Source: Balanoglossus misakiensis
Lineage: Eukaryota; Animalia; Hemichordata
DNA length: 64,000 nucleotides
Direction: 5' to 3'
Assembly (NCBI GenBank): GCA_040954595.2
Contig: CM082577.2
Location: forward strand, 18,326,303 to 18,390,302
Within the stretch, counting starts at the first letter, position 1. Every line of letters begins with the position of its first letter. Below, piece after piece: positions 1 through 13,310 of this stretch. The notes under the pieces were generated by a model that ran no database searches, was not told where the DNA came from, and was given only the letters and a program-made list of their open reading frames with translations. Made by a program: the position numbers and the translations under genes.

Positions 1-1234
1 ATAGCAACATAGCAATAAGCATATCTGATATGGATGCCAAGATATGGAAAAGTAGGTCAGAGGTCACCTAAGGACATGCAAAATTTGGGCAAGAAATTTT
101 GACCCTATACTGGTCCATGTTCAACAAAAACAAAACCTATAGCCCTATTGGTTAGCCTGGAATTAGGTATGCACATAATTAATGAGATATGCAGGTGTCA
201 CAGGTGACCCCCAATTTTAGCTTTTCAATTTTAGTCCCAACCCTCCAAACGCCAAGTCTGTACCTGCTCTGGATGCCAAGATATGATAAAGTAGGTCAAA
301 GGTCACCTGAGGTCATGCAAAATTTGGGCAAGAAATTTTGATCCTTTACTGGTCCATGTTCAACAAAAACCAAACCTATAGCCTTATTGGTTAGCCTGTA
401 ATTAGGTATGCACATAATTAATGAGATATGCAGGTGTCACAGGTGACCCCCAATTTTGGCTTTTCAATTTTAGTCCCAACCCTCCAAACGCCAAGTCTGT
501 ACCTGCTCTGGATGCCGAGATATTGGAAAGTAGGTCAAAGGTCACCTGAGGTCACCCAAAATTTTGGCAAGAAATTTTGACCCTATACTGGTCCATGTCT
601 TACAAGAACGAAACCTGTAGCCCTGTTAGTTAGCCCGGAATTAGGTATGCACATAATTAATGTGTTAAGCAGGTGTTACAGGTGAGCCCCAAAATTTGCC
701 TTTTATTTTGGCCCCATTGTGCTCACTGACCAATAGACAGTCACTGTACAGGACTATTGCACAGACCAGAATTCCAAAATAAGACGTGGACATAGCTTAA
801 CCATAGAGGTATAAGTAAAGGTATAAATTTAATAAAAATACTAAAAAATTCATAAAAAATAAAACATCCATGATATCAACTTAACACTTACAGGTGAATG
901 TGAGGTTGACATAAGGTACATGCATACCAATTTTTAAAGCAATCTGACGAGTAGTTGTTGACTTACAGAGTTTTGATAAATTTCAAATTTTTCCAGCTAA
1001 TTTGCATATTTTTGGGCCTGGCAACTTCGTTTGGACAAACTCCCATCTACAGCCCTGCCTGCACCTACACACCACATATTGAGGTGATACGCGCAGCGGT
1101 TTTCATGTTTTTGATGTGGACGGACATACAGACATACATCCATACATACATCCATCCATCCATACATACACACAGACGCAACCCATCCCATAAGGTCCCA
1201 TGGTATATAGGCCTATACCAATGGGACCTAAAAA
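1..1234 (-). mobile_element. HINE-like non-autonomous Helentron, type C, copy 1 (3' end outside window)
   Basis: Head hairpin AGGTCCCAT...ATGGGACCT at 1193-1229, then a (GGAT/GTAT)n microsatellite (1125-1170), a unique segment and ~238-bp repeats. Near-identical to 1495-2973. Confidence 0.75.
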
Positions 1235-1365
1235 TGAAACAGTTTGCCAATGCTATTGGTTCACCATGGATCTACTTATCCTGTGTTTTTTTAAATTGAC
1301 AAAATTAGGTCTTTAAGGATATTGTGTCTTTTTTTTGGGAGGGGGTTATACAGTAATCACCATAA

Positions 1366-2973
1366 AAATAGCGTCAAGGACACTGTGGTCCCATTTGAGG
1401 ATAATGCGGAAACAGTGACACACCAGAATAAAAATTACAGGTGACATTGCAAGCAGATCTGCAAGCAGCAATATCGGGCCCAAGCCAACATAGCACATAG
1501 CAACATAGCAATAAGCATATCTGCTCTGGATGCCAAGATATGGAAAAGTAGGTCAAAGGTCACCTGAGGTTATGCAAAATTTGGGCAAGAAATTTTGACT
1601 CTATACTGGTCCATGTTCAACAAAAACCAAACCTATAGCCCTATTGGTTAGCCTGGAATTAGGTATGCACATAATTAATGAGATATGCAGGTGTCACAGG
1701 TGACCCCAAATTTTGGCTTTTCAATTTTAGTCCCAACCCTCCAAACACCAATTCTGTACCTGCTCTGGATGCCAAGATATGATAAAGTAGGTCAAGGGTC
1801 ACCTGAGGTCATGCAAAATTTGGGCAAGAAATTTTGACCCTATACTGGTCCATGTTCAACAAAAACCAAACCTATAGCCCTATTGGTTAGCCTGGAATTA
1901 GGTATGCACATAAGTAATGAGATATGCAGGTGTCACAGGTGACCCCAAATTTTGGCTTTTCAATTTTAGTCCCAACCCTCCGAACGCCAAGTCTGTACCT
2001 GCTCTGGATGCCAAGAAATGGTAAAGTAGGTCAAAGGTCACCTGAGGTCAGGAAAATTTTGGGCAAGAAATTTTGACCCTATACTGGTCCATGTTCAACA
2101 AAAACCAAACCTATAGCCCTATTGGTTAGCCTGGAATTAGGTATGCACATAATTAATGAGATAAGCAGGTGTCACAGGTGACCCCCATTTTGGCTTTTCA
2201 ATTTGAGTCCCAACCCTCCAAACGCCAAGTCTGTACCTGCTCTGGATGCCGAGATATAGGAAAGTAGGTCAAAGGTCACCTGAGGTCACCCAAAATTTGG
2301 GCAAGAAATTTTGACCCTATACTGGTCCATGTCCCACAAGAACGAAACCTCTAGCCCTATTAGTTAGCCCAGAATTAGGTATGCACATAATTAATGTGTT
2401 AAGCAGGTGTTACAGGTGAGCCCAAAATTTTGCCTTTTATTTTGGCCCCATTGTGCTCACTGACCAATAGACAGTCACTGTACAGGACTATTGCACAGAC
2501 CAGAATTCCACAATAAGACGTGGACATAGCTTAACCATAGAGGTATAAGTAAAGGTATAAATTTAATAAAAAGACTAAAAAATTCATAAAAAATAAAACA
2601 TCCATGTTATTAACTTAACACTTACAGGTCGATGTGAGGTTGACATATGGTACATGCATACCAATTTTTAAAGCAATCTGACGAGTAGTTGTTGACTTTC
2701 AGAGTTTTGATAAATTTCACATTTTTCCAGCTAATTTGCATATTTTTGGGCCTGGCAACTTCGTTTGGACAAACTCCCATCTACAGCCCAGCCTGCACCT
2801 ACACACCAAATATTGAGGTGATACGCGCAGTGGTTTTCAAGTTTTTGATGTGGACGGACATACAGACATACATCCATCCATCCATCCATCCATCCATCCA
2901 TACATACATACAGACGCAACCGATCCCATAAGGTCCCATGGTATATATGCCTATACCAATGGGACCTAAAAAA
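1366..2973 (-). mobile_element. HINE-like non-autonomous Helentron, type C, complete copy
   Basis: 5' subTIR/IR hairpin GGTCCCAT (2932-2968) and microsatellite, then about four ~238-bp repeats. The 3' end ATGGGACC-ACA-GTGTCCTTGACGC-TATTT (1366-1395, minus strand) is a matching subTIR plus hairpin. Both flanks are T-rich on the element strand. Confidence 0.75.
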
Positions 2974-3349
2974 GCTGAGTCAACTTTGATAGTTTTAATG
3001 CAAAAATTCTTAACAAATGTTTCCTGTATAAGGCTGCGCAAATTCAAAATTATGTTTGACGTCACCTCAAGACCCCAAAACCTAGGGGGGGGGGGGGGGG
3101 GGGGGGCGGTTTACAAAACAAACTAATTATAGATTCCAAAATATGCAAATTACATATTATGAGAAATTTAAAGCAAATATCCATTTAAGAAAACCCTTGT
3201 CTTTCAACTTTTAACATATTTCACATACAAGATTCATTCCACAGATGTTTACCATGTCGTGTTCAAAGATAGAGATTAAAACAGTCAATTTGAATAAATG
3301 CACATGAGCATATATCAGTTCAACAATATTTTATTGAAAAAGTTGGGTT

Positions 3350-4296
3350 TTTGTCGGACATGGACCAGTATGGGGTCAAATTTTCCCCCCAAATTCAGGG
3401 TGACCTTGGGTGACCTTTGACCTACTTTCGCATACCTCAGCATCCAGAGCAGGTACAGCTTAGGTGTTTGGGTGGATGGGACCAAAATAAGAAGCCAAAT
3501 TTAAGGCTCACCTGTGACACCTGCTTAACTCATTAATTATGTGCATACCTAATCCCAGGCAAACCAATAGGGCTACAGGTCTGGTTTTAGATGAACATGG
3601 ACCAGTATGGGGTCAAAATTTATTGCCCAAATTGTGGGTGACCTTGGATGACCTTTGACCTACTTTGACATATCTCGGCATCCAGAGCAGGTACAGTTTA
3701 GGTGTTTGGACGGATGGGACCAAAATAAGAAGCCAAATTTTAGAGTCACCTATGACACCTGCCTAACTCATTAATTATGTGCATACCTAATTCCAGGCAA
3801 ACCAGTAGGGCTACAGGTCTGGTTTTTGTTGGACATGGACCAGTATGGGGTCAAAATTTATTGCCCAAATTGTGGGTGACCTTGGATGACCTTTGACCTA
3901 CTTTGACATATCTCGGCATCCAGAGCAGGTACAGTTTAGGTGTTTGGACGGATGGGACCAAAATAAGAAGCCAAATTTTAGAGTCACCTATGACACCTGC
4001 CTAACTCATTAATTATGTGCATACCTAATTCCAGGCAAACCAGTAGGGCTACAGGTCTGGTTTTTGTTGGACATGGACCAGTATAGCGTAACAATTTTCT
4101 GCTCATATTAAGCGTGACCTCACGTGACCTTTGACCTACTTTTCCACATCTCAGCATCCACAGCACATACACCCTTGGCATTTGGAGTGATAGAACAATT
4201 AATGCAGTAATTAAATATGCACAAATCTATCTCCAGGCGAACCACTAGGGCTAGTAGTGTCTCGAAACCCGCTTATTGCTGTTCACAGCTATATTT
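3350..4296 (+). mobile_element. 5'-truncated HINE-like element, type B
   Basis: ~237-bp repeats ending in GTCTCGAAACCC-GCTTATT-GCTGTTCACAGC-TATATTT (subTIR, hairpin, T-run). Confidence 0.75.
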
Positions 4297-4545
4297 AGGG
4301 CCCAAGCCCAGCAGGCTTGGGCCCTATTGTTTTTACTGGAGTTTTTTAGGGCCCAAGCCCAGCAGGCTTGGGCCCTATTGGTATTACTGGGTTTTTTAGG
4401 GCCCAAGCCCAGCAGGCTTGGGCCCTATTGGTATTACTGGGATTTTTTAGGGCCCAAGCCCAGCAGGCTTGGGCCCTATTGGTATTACTGGCTTTTTAGG
4501 GCCCAAGCCCAGCAGGCTTGGGCCCTATTGTTTTTACTGGAGTTT
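4295..4545 (+). repeat. Five stacked type-A 5' terminal modules (~50-bp period)
   Basis: AGGGCCCAAGCCCAGCAGGCTTGGGCCCTATTG at 4297, 4348, 4398, 4449 and 4498, separated by short T-rich linkers. Confidence 0.95.
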
Positions 4546-6651
4546 TTCTTCTTTTTCTTCTTGTGCCGTTTCTTTTGTCAAGTAGATCTGGAGAACGGCT
4601 GAACCTACCAATTTCAAACTTAGCACAATGGTGCAGGCCAATGAGAGCTGGTGCAGTACCCTTGTGAATGTTTAATAAGTCATGTGACCTGATGACCATA
4701 TATGGGCAAAATTTTCAAATCGGCCTAATTTGCATATGAATGGAGATATCAAAATTCTGTTCAGATGCTTTGTGGACCACATAGCCAGGGTTCTACATGC
4801 CAAATGTCAAGGCCATAGGCCATGTCAATTTTGAGAAGAAGATTTTTAAGTATTATTTTTCATATTTTTCGCGCAAGCCATGTGCCTATACTTTTCATAG
4901 TTAAGCTATGACCACATATTATTTTGGATAAATATGCATACATATCTTAAAATCTGTTCGGCCGATCATCTCCAACTTTGGTGTGCAGCTAGCCTAGCAT
5001 TTGTCAATAATTTTGAGCAAAAAAATAATATGAAAAATCGACCGATTTTTTTATATTAATTTTTTTATTAAATTTATATCTTTACTTATACCTCTATGGT
5101 TAAGCTATGTCCATGTCTTATTGTGGAATTCTGGTCTGTGCAATAGTCTTGTACAGTCACTATCTATTGGTCAGTGAGCACAATGGCACCAAAATAAAAC
5201 GCAAAATTTAAGGCTCACCTGTAACACCTGCTTAACTCATTAATTATGTGCATACCTAATTCTGGGCTAACTAAGAGGGCTAGAGGTTTCGTTCTTGTGG
5301 GACATGGACCAGTATAGGGTCAAAATTTCTTACCCAAATTTTGGGTGACCTCAGGTGACCTTTGACCTACTTTCCCATATCTCGGCATCCAGAGCAGGTA
5401 CAGACTTGGCGTTTGGAGGGTTGGGACTAAAATTGAAAAGCCAAAATGGGGGTCACCTGTGACACCTGTATATCTCATTTATTATGTGCATACCTAATTC
5501 CAGGCTAACCAATAGGGCTATAGGTTTGTTTTTTGTTGAACATGGACCAGTATAGGTTCAAAATTTCTTGCCCAAATTTTGCTTGACCTCGGGTGACCTT
5601 TGACCTACTTTACCATATCTTGGCATCCAGAGCAGGTACAGACTTGGCGTTTGGAGGGTTGGGACTAAAATTTAAAAGTCAAAATTGGGGGTCACTAGTG
5701 ACACCTGCCTACCTCATTAATTATGTGCATACCTAATTCCAGGCTAACCAATAGGGCTATAGGTTTGGTTTTTGTTGAACATGGACCAGTATAGGGTAAA
5801 AATTTCTTGCCCAAATTTTGCATGAACTCAGGTGACCTTTGACCTACTTTACCATATCTTGGCATCCAGAGCAGGTACAGACTTGGCGTTTGGAGGGTTG
5901 GGACTAAAATTTAAATGGCAAAATTGGGGGTCACCTGTGACACCTGCATATCTCATTAATTATGTGCATACTCAATTCCAGGCTAACCAATAGGGCTAGA
6001 GGTTTCGTGCTTGTGGGACATGGACCAGTATGGGGTTAAAAAAAAATTGCCCAAATTTTGGGTGACCTCAGGTGACCTTTGACCTACTTTCCTATATCTC
6101 CGCATCCAGAGCAGGTACAGACTTGGCGTTTGGAGGGTTGGGACTAAAATTGAAAAGCCAAAATTGGGGTCACCTGTGACACCTGCTTATCTCATTAATT
6201 ATGTGCATACCTAATTCCAGGCTAACCAATAGGGCTAGAGGTTTGATTTATGCTGAACATGGACCAGTATGGGGTCAAATTTTTTTGCCCAAATTTTGGG
6301 TGGCCTCAGGTGACCTTTGACCTACTTTACCATATCTCGGCATCCACAGCAGATACAGCCTTGGCATTTGGAGGGATGGAACTCCTGATTGAGCCTTACA
6401 CTTTATCTCATTAATTATGCACATACCTAATTGTAGGCGAACCCATAGGGCTACAGATTTTGTTCTTGTGGGACACGGACCAGTATGGGGTCAAAATTTC
6501 TTGCCCAAATTTTGGGTGACCGCTTATGACCTTTGACCTTCGGCTTAAGCTTGGGCCCATCATCGCTGCTTGCAGCTATATTTTCTTCTACTTCTTTAGG
6601 GCCCAAGCCCAGCAGGCTTGGGCCCTATTGGTATTACTGGGATTTTTCTTC

Positions 6652-6683
<32 letters not shown>

Positions 6684-9600
6684 CTTGTGTCGTTTTTTTG
6701 TCCAGCTAGATCTGGAGAACGGCTGAACCTACCAATTTCAAACTTAGCACAATGGTGCAGGCCAATGAGAGCTGGTGCAGTACCCTCGTGAATGTTTAAT
6801 TAGTCACGTGACCTGATGACCATATATGGGCAAAATTTTCAAATCGCCCTAATTTGCATATGAATGGAGATATCAAAATTCTGTTCAGATGCTTTGTGGA
6901 CCATATGGCCAGGGTTCTACATGCCAAACGTCAAGGCCATAAGCCATGTCAATTTTGAGAAGAAGATTTTTAAGTATTATTTTCCATATTTTTCACCCAA
7001 GCCATGGGCCTATACTTTACATAGTAAAGCTATGACCACATATTATTTTGGATAAATATGCATACATATCTCAAAATCTGTTAGGCCGATCATCTCCAAC
7101 TTTGGTGTGCAGCTAGCCTAGCATTTGTCAATAATTTTAAGCAAAAAAAAATAATATGAAAAATCGACCGATTTTTTTATATTATTTTTTTTATTAAATG
7201 TATACCTTTACTTATACCTCTTATGGTTAAGCTATGTCCATGTCTTATTGTGGAATTCTGGTCTGTGCAATACTCTTGTACAGTGACTGTCTATTGGTCA
7301 GTGAGCACAATGGCACCAAAATAAAAGGCAAAATTTTAGGCTCACCTGTAACACCTGCTTAACTCATTAATTATGTGCATACCTAATTCTGGGCTAACTA
7401 AGAGGGCTAGAGGTTTCGTTCTTGAGGGACATGGACCAGTATAGGGTCAAAATTTCTTGCCCAAATTTTGGGTGACCTCAGGTGACCTTTGACCTCATTT
7501 CCTATATCTCGGCATCCAGAGCAGGTACAGACTTGGCGTTTGGAGGGTTGGGACTAAAATTGAAAAGCCAAAATGGGGGTCACCTGTGACACCTGTATAT
7601 CTCATTTATTATGTGCATACCTAATTTCAGGCTAACCAATAGGGCTATAGGTTTCGTTTTTGTTGAACATGGACCAGTATAGGTTCAAAATTTCTTGCCC
7701 AAATTTTGCTTGACCTCGGGTGACCTTTGACCTACTTTACCAGATCTTGGCATCCAGAGCAGGTACAGACTTGGCGTTTGGAGGGTTGGGAATAAAATTG
7801 AAAAGCCAAAATTGGGGATCACCTGTGACACCTGCCTACCTCATTAATTATGTGCATACCTAATTCCAGGCTAACCAATAGGGCTATAGGTTTGGTTTTT
7901 GTTGAACATGGACCAGTATAGGGTCAAAATTTCTTGCCCAAATTTTGCATGACCTCAGGTGACCTTTGACCTACTTAACCATATCTTGGCATCCAGAGCA
8001 GATATGCTTATTGCTATGTTGCTATGTGCTATGTGCTATGTTGGCTTGGGCCCGCTATTGCTGCTTGCAGCTATATTTAGGGCCCAAGCCCAGCAGGCTT
8101 GGGCCCTATTGGTATTACTGGCTTTTTTCTTCTACTTCTTCTTCTTCTTCTTCTTCTTGTGTCGTTTTTTTGTCCAGCTAGATCTGGAGAACGGCTGAAC
8201 CTACCAATTTCAAACTTAGTACAATGGTGCAGGCCAATGAGAGCTGGTGCAGTACCCTCGTGAATGTTTAATTAGTCACGTGACCTGATGACCATATATG
8301 GGCAAAATTTTCAAATCGCCCTAATTTGCATATGAATTGAGATATCAAAATTCTGTTCAGATACTTTGTGGACCATATGGCCAGGGTTCTACATGCCAAA
8401 TGTCAAGGCCATAGGCCATGTCAATTTTGAGGAGAAGATTTTTAAGTATTATTTTCCATATTTTTCGCCCAAGCCATCGGCCTATACTTTACATAGTAAA
8501 GCTATGACCACATATTATTTTGGATAAATATGCATACATATCTCAAAATCTGTTAGGCCGATCATCTCCAACTTTGGTGTGCAGCTAGTCTAGCATTTGT
8601 CAATAATTTTAAGCGAAAAAAAATAATATGAAAAATCGACCGATTTTTTTATATTAATTTTTTTATTAAATTTATACATTTACTTATACCTCTATGGTTT
8701 AGCTATGTCCATGTCTTATTGTGGAATTCTGGTCTGTGCAATAGTCCTGTAAAGTGACTGTCTATTGGTCAGTGAGCACAATAGCACCAAAATAAAAGGC
8801 ACGATTTTAGGCTCACCTGTAACACCTGCTTAACTCATTAATTATGTGCATACCTAATTCTGGGCTAACTAAGAGGGCTAGAGGTTTCGTTCTTGTGGGA
8901 CATGGGCCAGTATAGGGTCAACATTTCTTGCCCAAATTTTGGGTGACCCCAGGTGACCTTTGACCTACTTTCCTATATCTCGGCATCCAGAGCAGGTACA
9001 TACTTGGCGTTTGGAGGGTTGGGACTAAAGTTGAAAAGCCAAAAAGGGGGTCACCTGTGACACCTGCATATCTCATTAATTATGTGCATACCTAATTCAA
9101 GGCTAACCAATAGGGCAATAGGTTTGGTTTTTGTTGAACATGGACCTGTTTAGGGTCAAAATGTCTTGCCCAAATTTTGTATGACCTCAGGTGACCTTTG
9201 ACCTACTTAACCAGATCTTGGCATCCAGAGCAGGTACAGACTTGGCGTTTGGAGCGTTGGGACTAAAATTGAAGAGGCAAAATTGGGGGTCACCTGTGAC
9301 ACCTGCCTACATCATTAATTATGTGCATACCTAATTCCAGGCTAACCAATAGGGCTATAGGTTTGGTTTTTGTTGAACGTGGACCAGTATAGGGTCAAAA
9401 TTTATTGTCCAAATGTTGCATGACCTCAGGTGACCTTTGACCTACTTTACCATATCTTGGCATCCAGAGCAGATACAGAATTGGCGTTTAGATGGTTGGG
9501 ACTAAAATTAAAAAGCCAAATTGGGGGGTCACCTGTGACACCTGCCTACCTCATTAATTATGTGCATACCTAATTCCAGGCTAACCAATAGGGCTATAGG

Positions 9601-12600
9601 TTTGGTTTTTGATGAACATGGACCAGTATAGGGTCAAAATTTCTCGCCCAAATTTTGCATGACCTCAGGTGACCTTTGACCTACTTTTCCATATCTTGGC
9701 ATCCAGAGCAGATATGCTTATTGCTATGTTGCTATGTGCTATGTTGGCTTGGGCCCGCCATTGCTGCTTGCAGCTATATTCTTCTTCTTCTTCTTGTGTC
9801 GTTTTTTTGTCCAGCTAGATCTGGAGAACGGCTGAACCTACCAATTTCAAACTTAGTACAATGGTGCAGGCCAATGAGAGCTGGTGCAGTACCCTCGTGA
9901 ATGTTTAATTAGTCACGTGACCTGATGACCATATATGGGCAAAATTTTCAAATCGCCCTAATTTGCATATGAATTGAGATATCAAAATTCTGTTCAGATA
10001 CTTTGTGGACCATATGGCCAGGGTTCTACATGCCAAATGTCAAGGCCATAGGCCATGTCAATTTTGAGGAGAAGATTTTTAAGTATTATTTTCCATATTT
10101 TTCGCCCAAGCCATCGGCCTATACTTTACATAGTAAAGCTATGACCACATATTATTTTGGATAAATATGCATACATATCTCAAAATCTGTTAGGCCGATC
10201 ATCTCCAACTTTGGTGTGCAGCTAGTCTAGCATTTGTCAATAATTTTAAGCGAAAAAAAATAATATGAAAAATCGACCGATTTTTTTATATTAATTTTTT
10301 TATTAAATTTATACATTTACTTATACCTCTATGGTTTAGCTATGTCCATGTCTTATTGTGGAATTCTGGTCTGTGCAATAGTCCTGTAAAGTGACTGTCT
10401 ATTGGTCAGTGAGCACAATAGCACCAAAATAAAAGGCACGATTTTAGGCTCACCTGTAACACCTGCTTAACTCATTAATTATGTGCATACCTAATTCTGG
10501 GCTAACTAAGAGGGCTAGAGGTTTCGTTCTTGTGGGACATGGGCCAGTATAGGGTCAACATTTCTTGCCCAAATTTTGGGTGACCCCAGGTGACCTTTGA
10601 CCTACTTTCCTATATCTCGGCATCCAGAGCAGGTACATACTTGGCGTTTGGAGGGTTGGGACTAAAGTTGAAAAGCCAAAAAGGGGGTCACCTGTGACAC
10701 CTGCATATCTCATTAATTATGTGCATACCTAATTCAAGGCTAACCAATAGGGCAATAGGTTTGGTTTTTGTTGAACATGGACCTGTTTAGGGTCAAAATG
10801 TCTTGCCCAAATTTTGTATGACCTCAGGTGACCTTTGACCTACTTAACCAGATCTTGGCATCCAGAGCAGGTACAGACTTGGCGTTTGGAGCGTTGGGAC
10901 TAAAATTGAAGAGGCAAAATTGGGGGTCACCTGTGACACCTGCCTACATCATTAATTATGTGCATACCTAATTCCAGGCTAACCAATAGGGCTATAGGTT
11001 TGGTTTTTGTTGAACGTGGACCAGTATAGGGTCAAAATTTATTGCCCAAATTTTGCATGACCTCAGGTGACCTTTGACCTACTTTACCATATCTTGGCAT
11101 CCAGAGCAGATACAGAATTGGCGTTTAGATGGTTGGGACTAAAATTAAAAAGCCAAATTGGGGGGTCACCTGTGACACCTGCCTACCTCATTAATTATGT
11201 GCATACCTAATTCCAGGCTAACCAATAGGGCTATAGGTTTGGTTTTTGATGAACATGGACCAGTATAGGGTCAAAATTTCTCGCCCAAATTTTGCATGAC
11301 CTCAGGTGACCTTTGACCTACTTTTCCATATCTTGGCATCCAGAGCAGATATGCTTATTGCTATGTTGCTATGTGCTATGTTGGCTTGGGCCCGCCATTG
11401 CTGCTTGCAGCTATATTCTTCTACTTCTTCTTCTTCTTCTTCTTCTTCTTGTGTCGTTTTTTTGTCCAGCTAGATCTTGAAAACGGCTGAACCTACAAAT
11501 TTCAAAGTTGGCACAATGGTGCAGGCCTATGAGAGCTGGTGCAGTACCCTTGTGAATGTGTAATTAGTCATGTGACCTGATGACCATATATGGGCAAAAT
11601 TTTCAATTTGGCCTAATTTGCATATGAATGGAGATATCAAAATTCTGTTCAGATGCTTTGTGGATCATATGGCCAGGGTTCTACATGCCAAATGTCAAGG
11701 CCATAAGCCATGTCAATTTTGAGAAGAAGATTTTTAAGTATTATTTTCCATATTTTTCGCCCAAGCCATGGGCCTATACTTTACATAGTTAAGCTATGAC
11801 CACAGATTATTTTGGATAAATATACATACATATCTCAAAATCTGTTCGGCCGATCAATTCCAAAGTTGCTGTGCAGCTAGCCTAGCATTTGTCAATCATT
11901 TTAAGCGAAAAAAAATAATATGAAAAATCGACCGATTTTTTTATATTAATTTTTTATTAAATTTATACCTGAACTTATACCTCCATAGTTAAGCTATGTC
12001 CACGCCTTATTGTGGAATTCTGGTCTGTGCAATGGTCCTGTAAAGTGACTGTCTATTGGCCAGTGAGCAGAATGGGACCAAAATAAAAGGCAAAATTTTG
12101 GGCTCACCTGTGACACCTGGATATCTCATTGATTATGTGCATACCTAATTCCAGGCTAACCAATAGGGCTATAGGTTTGGTTTTTGTTGAACATGGACCA
12201 GTATAGGGTCAAAATTTCTTGCCCAAATTTTGCATGACCTCAGGTGACCTTTGACCTACTTTACCAAATCTTGGCATCCAGAGCAGGTACAGACTTGGCG
12301 TTTGGAGGGTTGGGACTAAAATTGAAAAGCCAAAATTGTGGGTCACCTGTGACACCTGCCTACCTCATTAATTATGTGCATACCTAATTCCAGGCTAACC
12401 AATAGGGCTATAGGTTTGGTTTCTGTTGAACAGGGACCAGTATAGGGTCAAAATTTCTTGCCCAAATTTTGCATGACATCAGGTGACCTTTGACCTACTT
12501 TACCAGATCTTGGCATCCAGAGCAGGTACAGACTTGGCGTTTGGAGGGTTGGGACTAAAATTGAAAAGCCAAAATTGGGGGTCACCTGTGACACCTGCAT

Positions 12601-13310
12601 ATCTCATTAATTATGTGCATACCTAATTCTGGGCTAACTAAGAGGGCTAGAGGTTTCGTTCTTGTGGGACATGGCCCAGTATAGGGTCAACATTTCTTGC
12701 CCAAATTTTGGGTGACCTCAGGTGACCTTTGACCTACTTTCCTATATCTCGGCATCTAGAGCAGGTACAGACTTGGTGTTTAGAGGGTTGGGACTAAAAT
12801 TGAAAAGCCAAAATGGGGGTCACCTGTGACACCTGCCTATCTCATTAATTATGTGCATACCTAATTCCAGGCTAACCAATAGGGCTATAGGTTTGGTTTT
12901 TGTTGAACATGGACCAGTATAGGGTCAACATTTCTTGCCCAAATTTTGCATGACCTCAGGTGACCTTTGACATACTTTACCAGATCTTGGCATCCACAGC
13001 AGGTACAGACTTGGCGTTTGGAGGGTTGGGACTAAAATTGAAAAGCCAAAATTGGGGGTCACCTGTGACACCTGCCTACCTCATTAATTATGTGCATACC
13101 TTATTCCAGGCTAACCAATAGGGCTATAGGTTTTGTTTTTGTTGAACATGGACCACTATAGGGTCAAAATTTCTAGCCCCAATTTTGCATGACCTCAGGT
13201 GACCTTTGACCTACTTTACCGTATCTTGGCATCCAGAGAAGATATGCTTATTGCTATTTTGCTATGTGCTATGTTGGCTTGGGCCCGCTATTGCTGCTTG
13301 CAGCTATATT
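4295..13310 (+). mobile_element. Nest of type-A HINE-like elements (7 heads, 5 bodies ending at ~6582, 8078, 9780, 11417, 13310)
   Basis: Each body has a (TTC)n microsatellite, ~650 bp of unique sequence, several 238-239-bp repeats and the tail CTTGGGCCC-N6-GCTGCTTGCAGC-TATATT. Extra heads at 6598 and 8079. Bodies 8125-9780 and 9781-11417 are nearly identical. Confidence 0.85.

Noticed and set aside
4295-4545. CRISPR-like array of palindromic 33-bp repeats
   Set aside because: The linkers are only ~17 bp and near-identical, the repeat is the 5' terminus of the adjacent elements, there are no cas genes, and the context is eukaryotic.
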